A program made the translations under genes and the position numbers. From NCBI GenBank assembly GCA_034722955.1, contig JAYEOM010000048.1, forward strand, positions 1 through 16,207: a DNA stretch of 16,207 nucleotides, read 5' to 3'. The notes under the pieces were generated by a model. It was not told the origin of the DNA. It saw nothing but the letters and a program-made list of their open reading frames with translations, and did no database searches. The stretch comes from Campylobacterota bacterium (GTDB lineage: Bacteria; Campylobacterota; Campylobacteria; Campylobacterales; Sulfurovaceae). This document shows positions 1 through 8,141 of the stretch, piece by piece (the stretch's first letter is position 1; each line of letters opens with the position of its first letter).

Positions 1-2
1 TC

Positions 3-1244
3 AGCACTCCAAAGATGAGCAGTGGGTCACTATCTGCATCTGTAACACCACTTCTCTGGATGGGAGGAGGCAGCGAGAGCAGCGGTATCAACTGGGGTCA
101 GGGAGCAGGCTATAATGCCAAGTGTCCCCTCGATAGCCGTAGTCTGAATGATAATCGTGTAGCGGTTGGGTGTGTAGCCACAGCGATGGGGCAGATTATG
201 AGATACTACTCAAGCCCTACACAGGGTAGAGGCTATCATAGCTATACAGATCCCAATTATGGGATCCAATCAGCAGATTTTGGTAGTACTACATACCACT
301 GGTCATCTATGCCATATAGACTCTCTGATAGTTCAAGCAGTTCAGAGATAGATGCTGTTGCTACGATATCATATCACGCTGGTGTCGCTGTTGATATGCA
401 GTATGGGATTAGCTTAAGTGGTGGCTCCGGTGCTTTTTCAGATGATGTCCCCGATGCCCTAATGGACTACTTTGGATTTTTGTACTCCTATATTGCTTAT
501 CGAGATGACTATTCAGCAGAAGATTGGAACAGTGCACTTCAGAATGAACTTAACGAGGGAAGACCGATCTATTACGGTGGGGGTGATGAAGGCAGTGGTC
601 ATGCTTTTGTACTGGACGGATATCATTTATCAGGATATTATCACTTCAACTGGGGATGGAATGGAGTCGCCAATGGATACTTTTCACTTAACAGCTTGAC
701 ACCTGATGAGAGGATAGATTTTACGCAAGACCAAGAAGCCGTTTTCATTATGCCGCATTTTTCGGAAAGAAAATTAGAAATTGTAGAACTATATGTAGCG
801 ACTTTTGGGCGAGCATCTGATGCTGCGGGAGTGGAGTACTGGGCTGATAGTCTACTCACTATAAATCAGATTGCTGAGAGTTTTTATTATCAGCCTGAAA
901 CACAAGAGAAGTATCCCCCGGGGACAACTTATGAAGAGTTTGTGGATACAGTCTATCTAAATCTATTCAATAGACTACCAGATCCTGCAGGACGAGACTA
1001 CTGGGTAGCAGCACTCTCCTCCGGAAAGATCAAGGCTTCTCTGTTTATTTTGGCACTTATCAACGGTGCACAAGATACTGACGCTGTCATCTTGGCGAAT
1101 AAGACAAGTGTTGGAGAGTATTATGCATTTAATGAGTTAAATGATGCAGCACTTGCGACACTCGTTATGTCAGACATAGATGAAACCGAGCAGAGTGTAG
1201 AGGATGCTTTTGAGATAATAGACGATGCGGTAGGCAGTAATTAG
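3..1244 (+). CDS. C10-family (streptopain/SpeB-like) cysteine peptidase with C-terminal DUF4214-like domain; 5'-truncated by the window edge
   Basis: Motifs WGQ (oxyanion Gln), VAVGCVATAMGQIM (catalytic Cys), GHAFVLDGY (catalytic His) and HFNWGWNG are typical of C10. The C-terminal ~155 aa (LYVATFGRASDAAGVEYW...FVDTVYLNLFNRLPDPAGRDYW) resemble DUF4214. The frame is open from position 3 (AGC ACT CCA AAG ATG) and no signal or pro-peptide is visible, so the true start probably lies upstream of the window. Confidence 0.88.
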   Translation, partial: STPKMSSGSLSASVTPLLWMGGGSESSGINWGQGAGYNAKCPLDSRSLNDNRVAVGCVATAMGQIMRYYSSPTQGRGYHSYTDPNYGIQSADFGSTTYHWSSMPYRLSDSSSSSEIDAVATISYHAGVAVDMQYGISLSGGSGAFSDDVPDALMDYFGFLYSYIAYRDDYSAEDWNSALQNELNEGRPIYYGGGDEGSGHAFVLDGYHLSGYYHFNWGWNGVANGYFSLNSLTPDERIDFTQDQEAVFIMPHFSERKLEIVELYVATFGRASDAAGVEYWADSLLTINQIAESFYYQPETQEKYPPGTTYEEFVDTVYLNLFNRLPDPAGRDYWVAALSSGKIKASLFILALINGAQDTDAVILANKTSVGEYYAFNELNDAALATLVMSDIDETEQSVEDAFEIIDDAVGSN

Positions 1245-1251
1245 CAGAGAT

Positions 1252-1280
1252 AGATGAAGAGTAGATACTGCTCTTCATCT
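1252..1280. terminator. Hairpin between convergent genes, probable bidirectional terminator
   Basis: AGATGAAGAG (1252-1261) and CTCTTCATCT (1271-1280) form a perfect 10-bp inverted repeat, extendable inward, in the 49-bp gap between stop codons at 1244 and 1294. No strong U-tract. Confidence 0.65.
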
Positions 1281-1293
1281 CATAGATAACTTA

Positions 1294-3084
1294 TTAACGA
1301 CCTCCCCTCCTCTGCTGACTTCCATATTTGCTTTTTCTCTTATCGCTAGCTCCATACCTCTTGACTCTTGAGATATCACTCTTTTGAGTCACTATATCTT
1401 TCTGCTCCTGCTTTCTGTTTTGATCCTTCTCCACAAAGATAGGTTTTCGTGACCATGGATCCAGTTCGGTATAGTACATAAGCGTTGAGTATGTTGAAGG
1501 CGTAGGGATAAAGACTTGAACCTGTTCTGGGTTTAGCTGTAGCTCTCTGTTGGCAAAGCTCTTTAGACTCTGCATGTCATCCATCTGGCTACCAGGATGT
1601 GCAGCGATGAGATAATAGGTAAGAAACTGTTTTTTACCTGATTTTTTATTGAGATTATCAAAATTCTTTTTGAAGTTTATGAGTGTCTCTTTGTTTGGTT
1701 TGCCCATAAGCTTGAGTATCTTATCCTCTGTATGTTCTGGTGCAACCTTCATCTGTCCCGAGATATGATGATCTACTAGAGTTTTGAGATAGGATTGTCC
1801 ATATTTTTTATCTTCATTGATCAGATCATACCTGATACCACTGTTGACAAATACCTTTTTGATATGCGGCAACTCCCTAATCTCTTTGAGCATATCTATC
1901 TGAGGTTTATGGTCGGGCTTGAGTACAGGACAGACTGTAGAGCTAGTACACGCGATATCCAAGCAGACACCGCTTTTCATCTTTTTATCGCACTCATAAC
2001 CATACATATTGGCTGTAGCACCACCTACATCATTGATGATACCTTTGAAGTCTTTATGTCTCTTAAAGGCATCTATCTCACTGACTATGGACTCTTGACT
2101 CCTGCTGCGTATCGTACGACCCTGATGCACAGATATGGCACAGAAGTTACACTCGCCATAACAGCCATGATGAGTAGTGACTGAAAACTGTATCGTCTGT
2201 AGAGCTTTTACTTCACCCTGTTCTTTATAGTAGGGGTGTACATCTCTCTCATATTTGAGATCATACACATGATCTATCTGCTCTTCACTCATATAGTCTT
2301 GAGGAGGGTTTTGTATGAGCCATCTGCTATCTTGGAGTTGGCATAATCCTTTTGAGACTATTGGCTCATTGTTGTTATAGAACTGATGAAATGCATTGAT
2401 AAATTGCCTCTTATCTGCTATACACTCATCAAATGAAGGTAGTTCTATATACCCCTCTTTTGGCTCCTTGGCGATATAACAAAGCCCCCCGATGGTCTCT
2501 GGAGACTCTCCATTTTTATAAGCCTGAGCCAACTCTACTATCGTTTTTTCTGCCATTCCATAGACCAAGATATCTGCTTTGGCATCAAATAGTAGAGATC
2601 TTCTAAGCTTGTTGGACCAGTAGTCATAGTGTACCACTCGTCGCAGACTAGCCTCTATACCACCGAGTACAATAGGTACGGTATTTTTAAAATTTTTTCG
2701 TATATGGTTGACATATTTGATACTTGCACGATCGGGACGACGGTTGTTAGTAACTCCTGGGGTAAAATCATCTTGTTTTCGAAATTTTTTAGTTGCGGTA
2801 TAGTTGGCTACCATACTATCTACAAGTCCTGCACTTACTCCCCAAAATAGCAGTGGCTCTCCCAAGCGAGTCATATCCTCATCAGTAGAGAGATCAGGCT
2901 GTGCTATTACACCTACTCGATATCCAGCATCGATCAGTATCTTACCTACTATAGCAATACCATTATAGGGAGTATCTATATAAGTATCACCACTCACGAG
3001 TATCACATCCAGCTGCTGCCAGCCCAAATCTTTGATCTCTCTTTTGGTAGTTGGTATAAACACCGAATATCTCTTATCTTTCAA
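1294..3084 (-). CDS. ygiQ: YgiQ-family (UPF0313) radical SAM protein
   Basis: Radical SAM motif GCYGECNFC; family motifs LDVILVSGDTYIDTP, GGIEASLRR..HYDYW, SGIRYDL, GQMKVAPEH, YLIAAHPG, PEQVQVFIPTP; basic C-terminal tail. TTG start overlaps the upstream gene's 3' end by 11 nt. Confidence 0.93.
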   Translation of the reverse strand: MKDKRYSVFIPTTKREIKDLGWQQLDVILVSGDTYIDTPYNGIAIVGKILIDAGYRVGVIAQPDLSTDEDMTRLGEPLLFWGVSAGLVDSMVANYTATKKFRKQDDFTPGVTNNRRPDRASIKYVNHIRKNFKNTVPIVLGGIEASLRRVVHYDYWSNKLRRSLLFDAKADILVYGMAEKTIVELAQAYKNGESPETIGGLCYIAKEPKEGYIELPSFDECIADKRQFINAFHQFYNNNEPIVSKGLCQLQDSRWLIQNPPQDYMSEEQIDHVYDLKYERDVHPYYKEQGEVKALQTIQFSVTTHHGCYGECNFCAISVHQGRTIRSRSQESIVSEIDAFKRHKDFKGIINDVGGATANMYGYECDKKMKSGVCLDIACTSSTVCPVLKPDHKPQIDMLKEIRELPHIKKVFVNSGIRYDLINEDKKYGQSYLKTLVDHHISGQMKVAPEHTEDKILKLMGKPNKETLINFKKNFDNLNKKSGKKQFLTYYLIAAHPGSQMDDMQSLKSFANRELQLNPEQVQVFIPTPSTYSTLMYYTELDPWSRKPIFVEKDQNRKQEQKDIVTQKSDISRVKRYGASDKRKSKYGSQQRRGGR

Positions 3085-4135
3085 TAGACAAATTCATATC
3101 ACTACTCAGAGCTCTGCAGCTTCCTGTAAAGAGTTTCACTTTTTCATAACCAAGAAGTCTCAATGCACTACTGACATGAGAACTACTACCCACACTTGAT
3201 CTACAGTAGACATAGATAGTTTGATCTCTGCTTATACCCTCTTTATCAAATATTTGCTGCATCTCTTTGAGTGATTTGAAACTCCTCTTCTTCTCTATAT
3301 CCGTGATATCTCTCCACTCTATAAATTTTACTTTAGGAGTCTCTCTATGCTGTAGTACATTATCTATCTTCTCTTCACCGGCTATCTCTTCCTTGTTGCA
3401 AGTATCAATAATAATAAATCTGCTACTCTCTCCATTTTCAATAATATCCTCTATAGCTTTTTTCACTTCATCTTTATCGGCGATATACTTTACATTGAAT
3501 TTAGTGGGATCGAGTTGATAGTCGCTCTTTTTATGAATCTCCTCTTTGCCACACTGAACCAAGAGTTTTGGCTCCAGCATATCCATCTTTGCCGTGATAC
3601 CTTCAATTTTACAGTTGAACTTCTCTACCTCATCTACCCTACCCTCTTTTTGGGCTACAACTATATCTTTTTTGATCATCTCTCGTTGGGCTTTTAACTT
3701 ATCATAGACTTGTTGATTTGGATCGAGTCGCCTTATGCTCTCAACACCTCCATTCAATACTCTGATCTCTTTATGTCCTAAACTCTCAAAAAAACTATGA
3801 ACAGCAGCTGCATTAGAGCCATAAAAATTATCATAAGTGATAATCATTTGATTATTTTTAATCCCTTTGCTCTGAATGTAGAGTAGAGCCTTTTTGTAAC
3901 ACTGCATATCACCTACTACATCTGGTTGGTATAGATTGTCTGCATACATTTCAACTGATCCTATGATATGGTTTTTTGTATAAGTTTCATTGCTATCGCC
4001 TGATACAAATATCACACTCTTATTGCCAACCAATCTAATCGCTTCTGCCGGCTCAATCAACTTGACTTCAGATCCAAAAAGTATACCTGATATAGATATC
4101 CCTAGTAGTAAAACTACACTAATAAATCTCTTCAT
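3074..4135 (-). CDS. Exported two-domain rhodanese/sulfurtransferase-like protein with divergent motifs
   Basis: Sec-type signal MKRFISVVLLLGISISGILFG; domain 1 motifs HIIGSV, IITYD, LGHKEIRVLNGG; domain 2 motifs IIIDT, IYVYC (Cys311), LGYEKVKLFTGS. RBS AGGAG at 4140-4144. Confidence 0.82.
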   Translation of the reverse strand: MKRFISVVLLLGISISGILFGSEVKLIEPAEAIRLVGNKSVIFVSGDSNETYTKNHIIGSVEMYADNLYQPDVVGDMQCYKKALLYIQSKGIKNNQMIITYDNFYGSNAAAVHSFFESLGHKEIRVLNGGVESIRRLDPNQQVYDKLKAQREMIKKDIVVAQKEGRVDEVEKFNCKIEGITAKMDMLEPKLLVQCGKEEIHKKSDYQLDPTKFNVKYIADKDEVKKAIEDIIENGESSRFIIIDTCNKEEIAGEEKIDNVLQHRETPKVKFIEWRDITDIEKKRSFKSLKEMQQIFDKEGISRDQTIYVYCRSSVGSSSHVSSALRLLGYEKVKLFTGSCRALSSDMNLSIER

Positions 4136-4210
4136 ACTACTCCTCTACAATAAATATTTTAAAATCCATCTAGTTCTAAATATACATAAATAATCTTTTT
4201 GTATAAATAA

Positions 4211-4216
4211 ATTATA
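4211..4216 (-). promoter_or_regulatory. Putative sigma70 -10 box for the rhodanese-ygiQ unit
   Basis: Exact TATAAT on the minus strand ~75 nt upstream of the ATG at 4135, in the divergent AT-rich gap. Confidence 0.4.
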
Positions 4217-4268
4217 TCCTAAAGATTCTTAGCATCAATAAGCTAATCATTTTTAAATTCTCTTTTTG

Positions 4269-4277
4269 CTATTATGT
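4269..4277 (+). promoter_or_regulatory. Putative extended -10 promoter for the hypothetical-thioredoxin pair
   Basis: TGcTATTAT preceded by T-tracts, the TGnTATAAT style typical of Campylobacterota RpoD promoters. Confidence 0.45.
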
Positions 4278-4312
4278 GTATCAATGTTTACTAAAACTAG
4301 ACTTAAAGCTAT

Positions 4313-4777
4313 ATGGGAAAGATAATGCTGGAAAAAATCAAATCTGACGAGAAGATAGGCGAGCTTATAAAATCTGTATTTGATATGGATTTATCTATTG
4401 ATGGAGATTGGGGATACACAAAAGAGTCTGCAACGATCATAAAAAGAGTTGATATGCCTATAGAACAACTAGAGCATACAGTTGCATCGATGCGTACACA
4501 TCTGGAGATGAGTATAATGTGCACAAAAGAGGATCGATATGGTGGGATTAATCTCAATGAGAGAGATAGGAGAGAGCACCATGAAGGCTCGCAGCTCTAT
4601 CATAAGGTCACCTATGCTACAAGTGCCATAAAAGAGAGTGACTACAATGCTTTTATCGAAGAGTATAAAGAGTTTTACGGTAAAAAAGATTTTGATATAT
4701 CAGAATATTTTGACAGAAGGAGAGAGGCTACTCTCAACAAAATAGAAACCTACTGGTTTGAGATACTCTCTCAGTAA
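4313..4777 (+). CDS. Hypothetical cytoplasmic protein
   Basis: 154-aa ORF filling the gap, with normal protein-like composition and no recognised domain. The true start may be the ATG at 4325, which is preceded by GGGA. Confidence 0.75.
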   Translation: MGKIMLEKIKSDEKIGELIKSVFDMDLSIDGDWGYTKESATIIKRVDMPIEQLEHTVASMRTHLEMSIMCTKEDRYGGINLNERDRREHHEGSQLYHKVTYATSAIKESDYNAFIEEYKEFYGKKDFDISEYFDRRREATLNKIETYWFEILSQ

Positions 4778-4819
4778 ATCAGCTCTCTTATCATCAATAA
4801 ACATCTACAAGGAGAACAA

Positions 4820-5239
4820 ATGTTCAAAACTCCATCAACCTTCATACTCTTAATCTCATCACTTCTGATGATTACTACACTGCACGGCACTGTTTTAGAC
4901 TGGGAGCATGACTACGATAAAGCTCTAAAGCAAGCAACCAAGGATAAAAAAATTGTATACCTCTTCATAGGTGCAGATAGGTGCAAATATTGTAAAAAGT
5001 TTAAAGAGATGACACTATCAAAAGATGAGGTCATCAAAACTATGCAAAAAAACTTTATACTTCTCTACATGTCAAGAGATCAACATAATATACCTGACAA
5101 GTTTGAACAGTTTGGTGTCCCTAGACACTACTTTTTGACCCATAAAGGTGAAATAATTCGTGCAGAACAGGGGATATGGGATACTCAAGGATGGTATAGT
5201 ATCTTAGATGAAGTTATAGAAGAGAAAGACGATTTCTAA
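4820..5239 (+). CDS. Exported thioredoxin-fold protein (SoxW/Thioredoxin_7-like)
   Basis: Signal-like N-terminus, W..DYDKALKQA..DKK helix, CKYC redox motif, cis-Pro loop GVPRHYFL; RBS AAGGAG. Confidence 0.85.
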   Translation: MFKTPSTFILLISSLLMITTLHGTVLDWEHDYDKALKQATKDKKIVYLFIGADRCKYCKKFKEMTLSKDEVIKTMQKNFILLYMSRDQHNIPDKFEQFGVPRHYFLTHKGEIIRAEQGIWDTQGWYSILDEVIEEKDDF

Positions 5240-5244
5240 ATCGA

Positions 5245-7155
5245 CTATCTATAGGCTCTTCTAAGGCTTTTGCCTATCTCATCAGGTGTACTTGCAATTT
5301 TCATAAAATCCTCCATACTCAGGAGAGGAAGTGAAAGTGCAAGATAAAATGTAGGATCCAACATATAGACTACATCATCTTTGATGATTGACTGATATGG
5401 AAGGAGTTGTGCATTCCTCTCCTCTCCTACTTTAATTAAAAATTTATTTGTTTTTGTACGCATCTTATGCCCTACAAGTATAGAGCCATTTGGCAGTTCA
5501 AGTCTGTAGGCGATATACTTTTCACTATTTTCACCTCTTATATTCTCTATCAGATCGTCTCCATCGTCCAGCTCTACAAAGTCATCAAACTTTGACATAT
5601 TTGGCATAAAGTTATAATCTCTAAGCCTATCAAGCTCCACAACCTCTTCAGTCTCATACATATCACCCAAAGCTGACTCTAGTGCTCTCAATAGATCTTT
5701 GAACTCCCCATATTTGTAGTTATCCCGTAGATATGCAGCAGCAAAATATGATGGATTTTGTACACGAATTTCACTGCTGCCATTCACTAGTATATTTAGT
5801 GCTGCTAGAAAAGTATTACTATCTCTGAGCTGATCATTTGTAACAGTCACCACAGTTTTTTTATCTAATATATCAGTCACGCTCAACACTTCAAAACCAC
5901 TCTCCTTTAGACTCTTTACTAGAGAATCAACTGTTTGAGGTTGAGCAACATAGTATGCTGCTAATTTTTCAGGTCTGTCACCACCGATTGTCATCTTTGG
6001 AGTTTTGAACTCTTTTTTAGAGACTGCCGGATCTCTACCCTCTATACTCTCTGTAGGCTCCGATACTATTTTTTTCAAATCCTTAACCTCTCTAGTTAAG
6101 CTCTCTATCATTACTTTGAGTTCAGAGATCTCTGCGGTCAAATCATGTGATACTGTTTGGGGTTTTTCCAAAGATTCATCAATCTCACCCTCTAGTACAA
6201 AACCTAGTTTTTTAAATATTTCATATACTTCATCGGCAACCTCTTTCATATATGCCAACTGTGTTTTATCTTTTATGCCGGTAGTTGTAGTCCAATTTTC
6301 TACCGTTGCATAACCAACATGAAGCTCATTGGAGTCTTTTGGTATATAGAAATATATTGAACAGGGTGCAAAAACACCAGCTTGAGGCTCCCCATGATTG
6401 AAAATCGCATTGGAAAACTTAAAATGACATAGAGAAGATACCCAATATGCATCATATTTTTCAAAATCCATATCCAAGTCATCATACTCAAACTTGAGAT
6501 CCAAAAAGCCTGCAATAACAAAGTTGTTTTTTGTAAATATAGAGTCATACTCCATAATAAAATCTTCTGCAAAACTATCGATATCATCTACATTTTCAAA
6601 TTTCTTAACCATTTTCAGTAGTGCTCTGGTCGGGAGTGATCCACTATACTCAAGCTTCTGCACAAACTCTGGTTTCATCTCATCTTCTACCAGTTTATCA
6701 ATCTTTGACAACATATCTTTAAACTTTTTTCTATCCGACTCATCAGTTTCACCGATAATATTCAACATAGTTTCCGAGTCAAGATATCCGTACCATGTAA
6801 TATCACCTCTCTCTGCACTGTCAAGCTCTTTAAAAGCGAGAAAATTAAATGGTGTAAAGGCGCCGAAGTTGGGATTTTTAAGCAGAAGCTCTCTCATACT
6901 GTTTTTATCATAAATTCGGTAGAAATTCAGGAGATCAAGATTTTTATCTTTGAATTTATTATAGTAGTGTGTTTCGAGATGTTCATTTTTTGCGGCTATA
7001 GAGAAACCAATATCATCGAATCTCTTTTCAAGTCCTTTGAGCTCACTATCTGCTTGCCCTTTAGTGCCACTTAGCACAGTCAACACAGATGCTTGAGAGA
7101 GTGTAATGCAAAACAGTAAAAACAGAATAACTTTTATACTTTTTCTATAGTTCAT
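5245..7155 (-). CDS. Periplasmic multi-domain DUF302 protein (two DUF302-like domains, coiled-coil linker, uncharacterised C-terminal region)
   Basis: Signal peptide ending SQA; GAFTPFNF and LC-x21-PC (LCHF...AGVFAPCSIYFY) DUF302-type motifs; N-terminal half is visibly paralogous to 11480..12424; RBS AAGGA. Confidence 0.75.
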   Translation of the reverse strand: MNYRKSIKVILFLLFCITLSQASVLTVLSGTKGQADSELKGLEKRFDDIGFSIAAKNEHLETHYYNKFKDKNLDLLNFYRIYDKNSMRELLLKNPNFGAFTPFNFLAFKELDSAERGDITWYGYLDSETMLNIIGETDESDRKKFKDMLSKIDKLVEDEMKPEFVQKLEYSGSLPTRALLKMVKKFENVDDIDSFAEDFIMEYDSIFTKNNFVIAGFLDLKFEYDDLDMDFEKYDAYWVSSLCHFKFSNAIFNHGEPQAGVFAPCSIYFYIPKDSNELHVGYATVENWTTTTGIKDKTQLAYMKEVADEVYEIFKKLGFVLEGEIDESLEKPQTVSHDLTAEISELKVMIESLTREVKDLKKIVSEPTESIEGRDPAVSKKEFKTPKMTIGGDRPEKLAAYYVAQPQTVDSLVKSLKESGFEVLSVTDILDKKTVVTVTNDQLRDSNTFLAALNILVNGSSEIRVQNPSYFAAAYLRDNYKYGEFKDLLRALESALGDMYETEEVVELDRLRDYNFMPNMSKFDDFVELDDGDDLIENIRGENSEKYIAYRLELPNGSILVGHKMRTKTNKFLIKVGEERNAQLLPYQSIIKDDVVYMLDPTFYLALSLPLLSMEDFMKIASTPDEIGKSLRRAYR

Positions 7156-7177
7156 GATTTATCCTTTTTGATCCATT

Positions 7178-7627
7178 TCATATATCATTTTTGACTCTAT
7201 TACTGATGCAGATAGTTCCCTCTTTTACGACTTTAGCAAAGATTCCCCTGTCATTTTTGAGTAGTTTAGGAAGTTTTTTATCTACCTTTGCCAAGCTATT
7301 GCACAAGGTACAGTTTTGAGTTATCTCCAAAATAACTTCACCTATCTTAAAGTGTGTACCAACAGAGAGATGATATGGACTGCACTCCATCAATATATTT
7401 TCACCTAATGATCCATATGCCATATCAATACCCTCCTCTTTCGCTAAGATATAACTATCAAGGGCCGTGATCAAGATCGAACGGCTTGGATCCTTTCCGT
7501 AGAATTTATCTCCTACAACACCATTTTCATCAACTTCAATCTCTCTCATGGTGACTCTCTGCTCTTCTCCTTTTTTGGAGATAAATAGTTTCAAAACTTC
7601 TCCATTAACACCCAAAGTCTTTTTCAC
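7178..7627 (-). CDS. MOSC-domain protein
   Basis: Motifs GVVGDKF, GSLGENIL, IGEVILEITQNCTLC, RGIFAKVVKEGTI. The GTG at 7627 has AGGA 8 nt upstream and is favoured over the TTG at 7633, where the spacing is only 2 nt. Confidence 0.85.
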   Translation of the reverse strand: MKKTLGVNGEVLKLFISKKGEEQRVTMREIEVDENGVVGDKFYGKDPSRSILITALDSYILAKEEGIDMAYGSLGENILMECSPYHLSVGTHFKIGEVILEITQNCTLCNSLAKVDKKLPKLLKNDRGIFAKVVKEGTICISNRVKNDI

Positions 7628-7701
7628 TTCCAAAATCCTATAAAGTTATTTTTGTAAATTGATCACTATTACGATTAGGCTACCCCAAGGAGACTGATGA
7701 A

Positions 7702-7739
7702 ATATCATATAAAATACTCTGGAGTAATTTATATGATAT
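7702..7739. repeat. 38-bp near-perfect palindrome upstream of the MOSC gene
   Basis: ATATCATATAAA-A-TACTC-TG-GAGTA-A-TTTATATGATAT; one internal mismatch and a 2-nt centre. Confidence 0.75.
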
Positions 7740-7743
7740 ATCT

Positions 7744-7779
7744 AAAACACAACTCCCATGACTCAAAAAAGCCAAGGGA
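7744..7779 (-). terminator. Probable intrinsic terminator after soxZ
   Basis: Minus-strand UCCCUUGGCUU-UUUU-GAGUCAUGGGA stem (two G-U pairs, one mismatch) followed by GUUGUGUUUU, 10 nt after the soxZ stop. Confidence 0.55.
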
Positions 7780-7789
7780 AGAGATCAAA

Positions 7790-8095
7790 CTACTTTATTT
7801 TCTTGCCTTCAGTTACTGATTTACCAGAGAGATCACTCCAAGTGATTTCAAGCTTTTCACCTTTTTTCGCTCCTCTAAATTTAAACTTAAACTGAGGATC
7901 TTTAGACCAAAATTGACTTGTAGAGACATCATATACTATCTTATCGCCTACTTTTGCCGTAATGTGAGTGATAAAATTCGCCTCAACGCCTTTTGCTTTT
8001 GCCTGATCATAAGTAAGCATACTATGTTTAGCCAACACTTTTGCACTTACAATATCACCTTTTAGTTTTGCTTTGATTTTCATATTTTTAGCCAT
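7790..8095 (-). CDS. soxZ: Sulfur carrier complex subunit SoxZ
   Basis: MKIKAKLKG.IV.AKVL..H.M, FITHITAKV, SKDPQFKFKF, GEKLEITWSDLSG; no signal peptide; directly downstream of soxY. Confidence 0.95.
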   Translation of the reverse strand: MAKNMKIKAKLKGDIVSAKVLAKHSMLTYDQAKAKGVEANFITHITAKVGDKIVYDVSTSQFWSKDPQFKFKFRGAKKGEKLEITWSDLSGKSVTEGKKIK

Positions 8096-8141
8096 AATTT
8101 TCCTTTTTATTCTCTATTTTATTGTAGTTGTTAAAAGCCAA

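Noticed and set aside
15..17. ATG at 15 as the true start of the C10 peptidase
   Set aside because: The frame is open to the window edge and the expected signal and pro-domain are missing; this Met falls just before the mature domain.
3074..4135. Calling the rhodanese a pseudogene
   Set aside because: No frameshift or internal stop; RBS, signal peptide and active-site Cys are intact.
7634..7789. ModE operator or Moco riboswitch upstream of the MOSC gene
   Set aside because: Arm sequence and spacing do not fit the ModE consensus as I know it, and no multi-stem riboswitch pattern is recognisable; kept only as an unassigned palindrome.
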